A stretch of DNA of 64,000 bases from Bigelowiella natans CCMP2755 (lineage: Eukaryota; Protista; Cercozoa): positions 1-64,000 of the forward strand of contig ADNK01001514.1 of assembly GCA_000320545.1 (NCBI GenBank), written 5' to 3'. A program made the translations under genes and the position numbers. Every line of letters starts with the position of its first letter. Position 1 is the first letter of the stretch. The notes beneath the pieces were generated by a model. That model was not told the DNA's origin. It saw only the letters and a list, made by a program, of their open reading frames with translations, and did not search any database. Positions 50,330 through 64,000 of this stretch are shown one piece after another.

Positions 50330-51450
50330 CACGAAATTGCTGGCGGACACGTATGTTAATGCATTGGCACAGTCACGTACAAAGCATGTCAGAGACAGAT
50401 GCGCGCTGCCAGGCATGCACGCGAATCGCTATTGGCACGATACGATCTCGATCGCATCTCTAGAGCTGCCTGCCTCACAGCTAGACATCTCCGTCATACC
50501 CGGTAACGACGGGGTTATTGTGAACAGTGCAGCGCTTTGCGACGCGCTTTGAAGCAGCAGGCAGTTGCAGTTGGGCAAAGAAAAGTCATCAGAACTTGTA
50601 TACTTGTCCGATGGCCAAACCTCAAAAAATGACCGAAATGTTGACCCAAATGCTAGAATGTCCACTTTTAAGGCCTCAGTGAGCGCGCAAAGTGTGAAAA
50701 TTCACACCCGTTGTGCAGAGGATGCACGCTGCGCGTTTGTTCTCTACCACATTTTGAATGCTTTTGCGCGTGTGTTCAACCAAATGTAATGTGCACGAAA
50801 AATTTCAAAGAAATGCGAGCAAATCCAATGTCCATCACATCACACAACGCGCTTATTGGTCGCGCGCAAAAGCTTCCAAATGCATGTTCTGGCGATTCGT
50901 TACAGGCTAGCAGGTTTGACGGAGCTGTGGCTAGCTGCTGCAGTACAGCTAGCTAGCTAGTTAGCTACTAGAGCGTGCTAGCGTGCTGCGCGCCATGACA
51001 CCACACTGCTGTCTAGCTGTGTCTATCATCGCCAGCTAGCGCTAGAGCGCAGCAGCTATCCGCCGTCGTGCGTGCGCAGTGTGACAGCGTGTGCACAGCT
51101 ACATGCTAGCATGCAGCTCTTATTCTGCTAGAGCTAGCTAACGCTCGCATCGCATACATCTAGACATGCGCAATGTATGTATGCACGCGGACGTGCTATA
51201 CGTGACTGTTTTCACGCTCTAGCTAGCTGCTAGCTAGTGACAGCTAACTAGCGCTACAGCGTGTTGCGAAGCTGATGCTAATAAGCTTTTAGATGTTACG
51301 GTTATGGGCTATGTGCGTTTCTACTTGCATTGCACGTTTGTTGACGCCACGCATCATCATGTACCACAGTGCGCTAGATAGCATGCTGCATGCCACGCCG
51401 GCACGTGCATCGTCGTATCCTAGCATCGAGTGCAAACATTAATTGATCTA
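50330..51450. other. CTAG/TGCA/CGCG-rich, TpA-poor tract in convergent spacer (CCCH-SAM + / ULK4 -)
   Basis: Words such as gctagctagctagttagctactagagcgtgctagc. The segment ~50540-50900 is TpA-poor. Confidence 0.8.
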
Positions 51451-52439
51451 GATGATTACTTTCACAAATCATCAGAACCTACGGCCAGTATTTACTCTCC
51501 TTGCAGTACCTGTCGAATTTGTTCGTCTCGATATTAAATGACACAAACTTGCTGCGTACTTTTGAGCGTGAGAATCAGCAGCCTATGTGTGTTACATGTC
51601 TGAGTTATTCCACATCATACCTTGCGACATTAGGGACAGACCTTGTATTTTTGAGAAGCATCTTGCAATACCCGTATAAATTGGGAATTTTTACTGCAAA
51701 AATTTGATAAAATTTGTGCCCTTTTAGCATCATTACCCACGGCGATGTAGGCTGCCCGCAGTAGATTGCGCTGAACCTAAGGAATGTATTTCTCGGTTTT
51801 GACTAACATTGTGAAGACTCTGCATTCAAATTACCTCCAGATCCGACGCAAGTTCAGGATTACGAATTTTAGCTGCAAGTAACAACGATTCAATCGAAGG
51901 AAAACGTACAATCTCAAGTTTTTCTCCTCTATAAGGTGTAAATTTGTAGATTTCCTACACTACCTGAACGCGTCTGTGAAATGTGCCTGGTGGCAAAAAT
52001 GAGTCCTGCAGACATCCGGCCCAAATTAGCCTACAAGGAAAGAGTAGCACACCTCAGCTCACACGCAGAACGCTGCGGCGCATTAAACTGAACGGTACAC
52101 AACGCACGAATCTAATATTTAGAGAATTACTGACGCATATTACTTGCGATAAGATGATATTGTGACTGCTTGGATACATTTCGACCAGAAGCCATAACAC
52201 CTGAACATTGCTCTTAATTTCAAGTCTTTCATCAAAAGATGCATCTTGCATTCAGCTTCGATCGTATGTATGTTCTGCATATATGTTGTTCCACGCCGAA
52301 AACTAGCTGCTCTCACTACCAAGTCTCATGTGTCTATTATCTTCTTGTTAGCGCGTACCGTGGTAGCTAGGCTTCTCACACTTGCTTGTGTATGCGAATT
52401 CAGGGATGACTGACTATCTACTCCGTGACTATTAGCAGG

Positions 52440-64000
<11,561 letters not shown>

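Overview
Gene-dense, intron-rich eukaryotic nuclear DNA with GT-AG introns, many of them packed with microsatellites. A light-harvesting protein of the LHCZ type carrying a signal peptide plus an Arg-rich transit peptide points to an alga with a secondary plastid, most plausibly a chlorarachniophyte (inference). Genes reconstructed by hand, left to right: PX-domain protein (+), LRR protein (-), two-finger C2HC zinc-finger protein (+), hypothetical protein (+), class-3/DAGL-like lipase (-), hypothetical protein (+), decayed kelch-repeat fragment (-), ankyrin-RMT2 arginine methyltransferase (+), large Sec7 Arf-GEF with MABP-like, SH3b-like and probable FYVE-like modules (-), LHCZ (+), GHKL-ATPase/DUF3684-like/HExxH protein (-), CCCH-SAM protein (+), ULK4/RUNKEL-like kinase (-, runs off the window). 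The most striking non-genic signal is that every convergent (tail-to-tail) spacer holds a tract rich in TG/CA/CG/CTAG palindromic words. One tract includes about 700 bp with no TpA at all and overlaps the kelch relic, where His sits in Tyr-type positions. This suggests a targeted TpA->TpG/CpA hypermutation process that spares CTAG, the reverse of RIP in direction. A recurring GTGTCTATYAT motif and a 97-bp inverted repeat are associated with these spacers. Exon boundaries are hand-derived and all counts are by eye.
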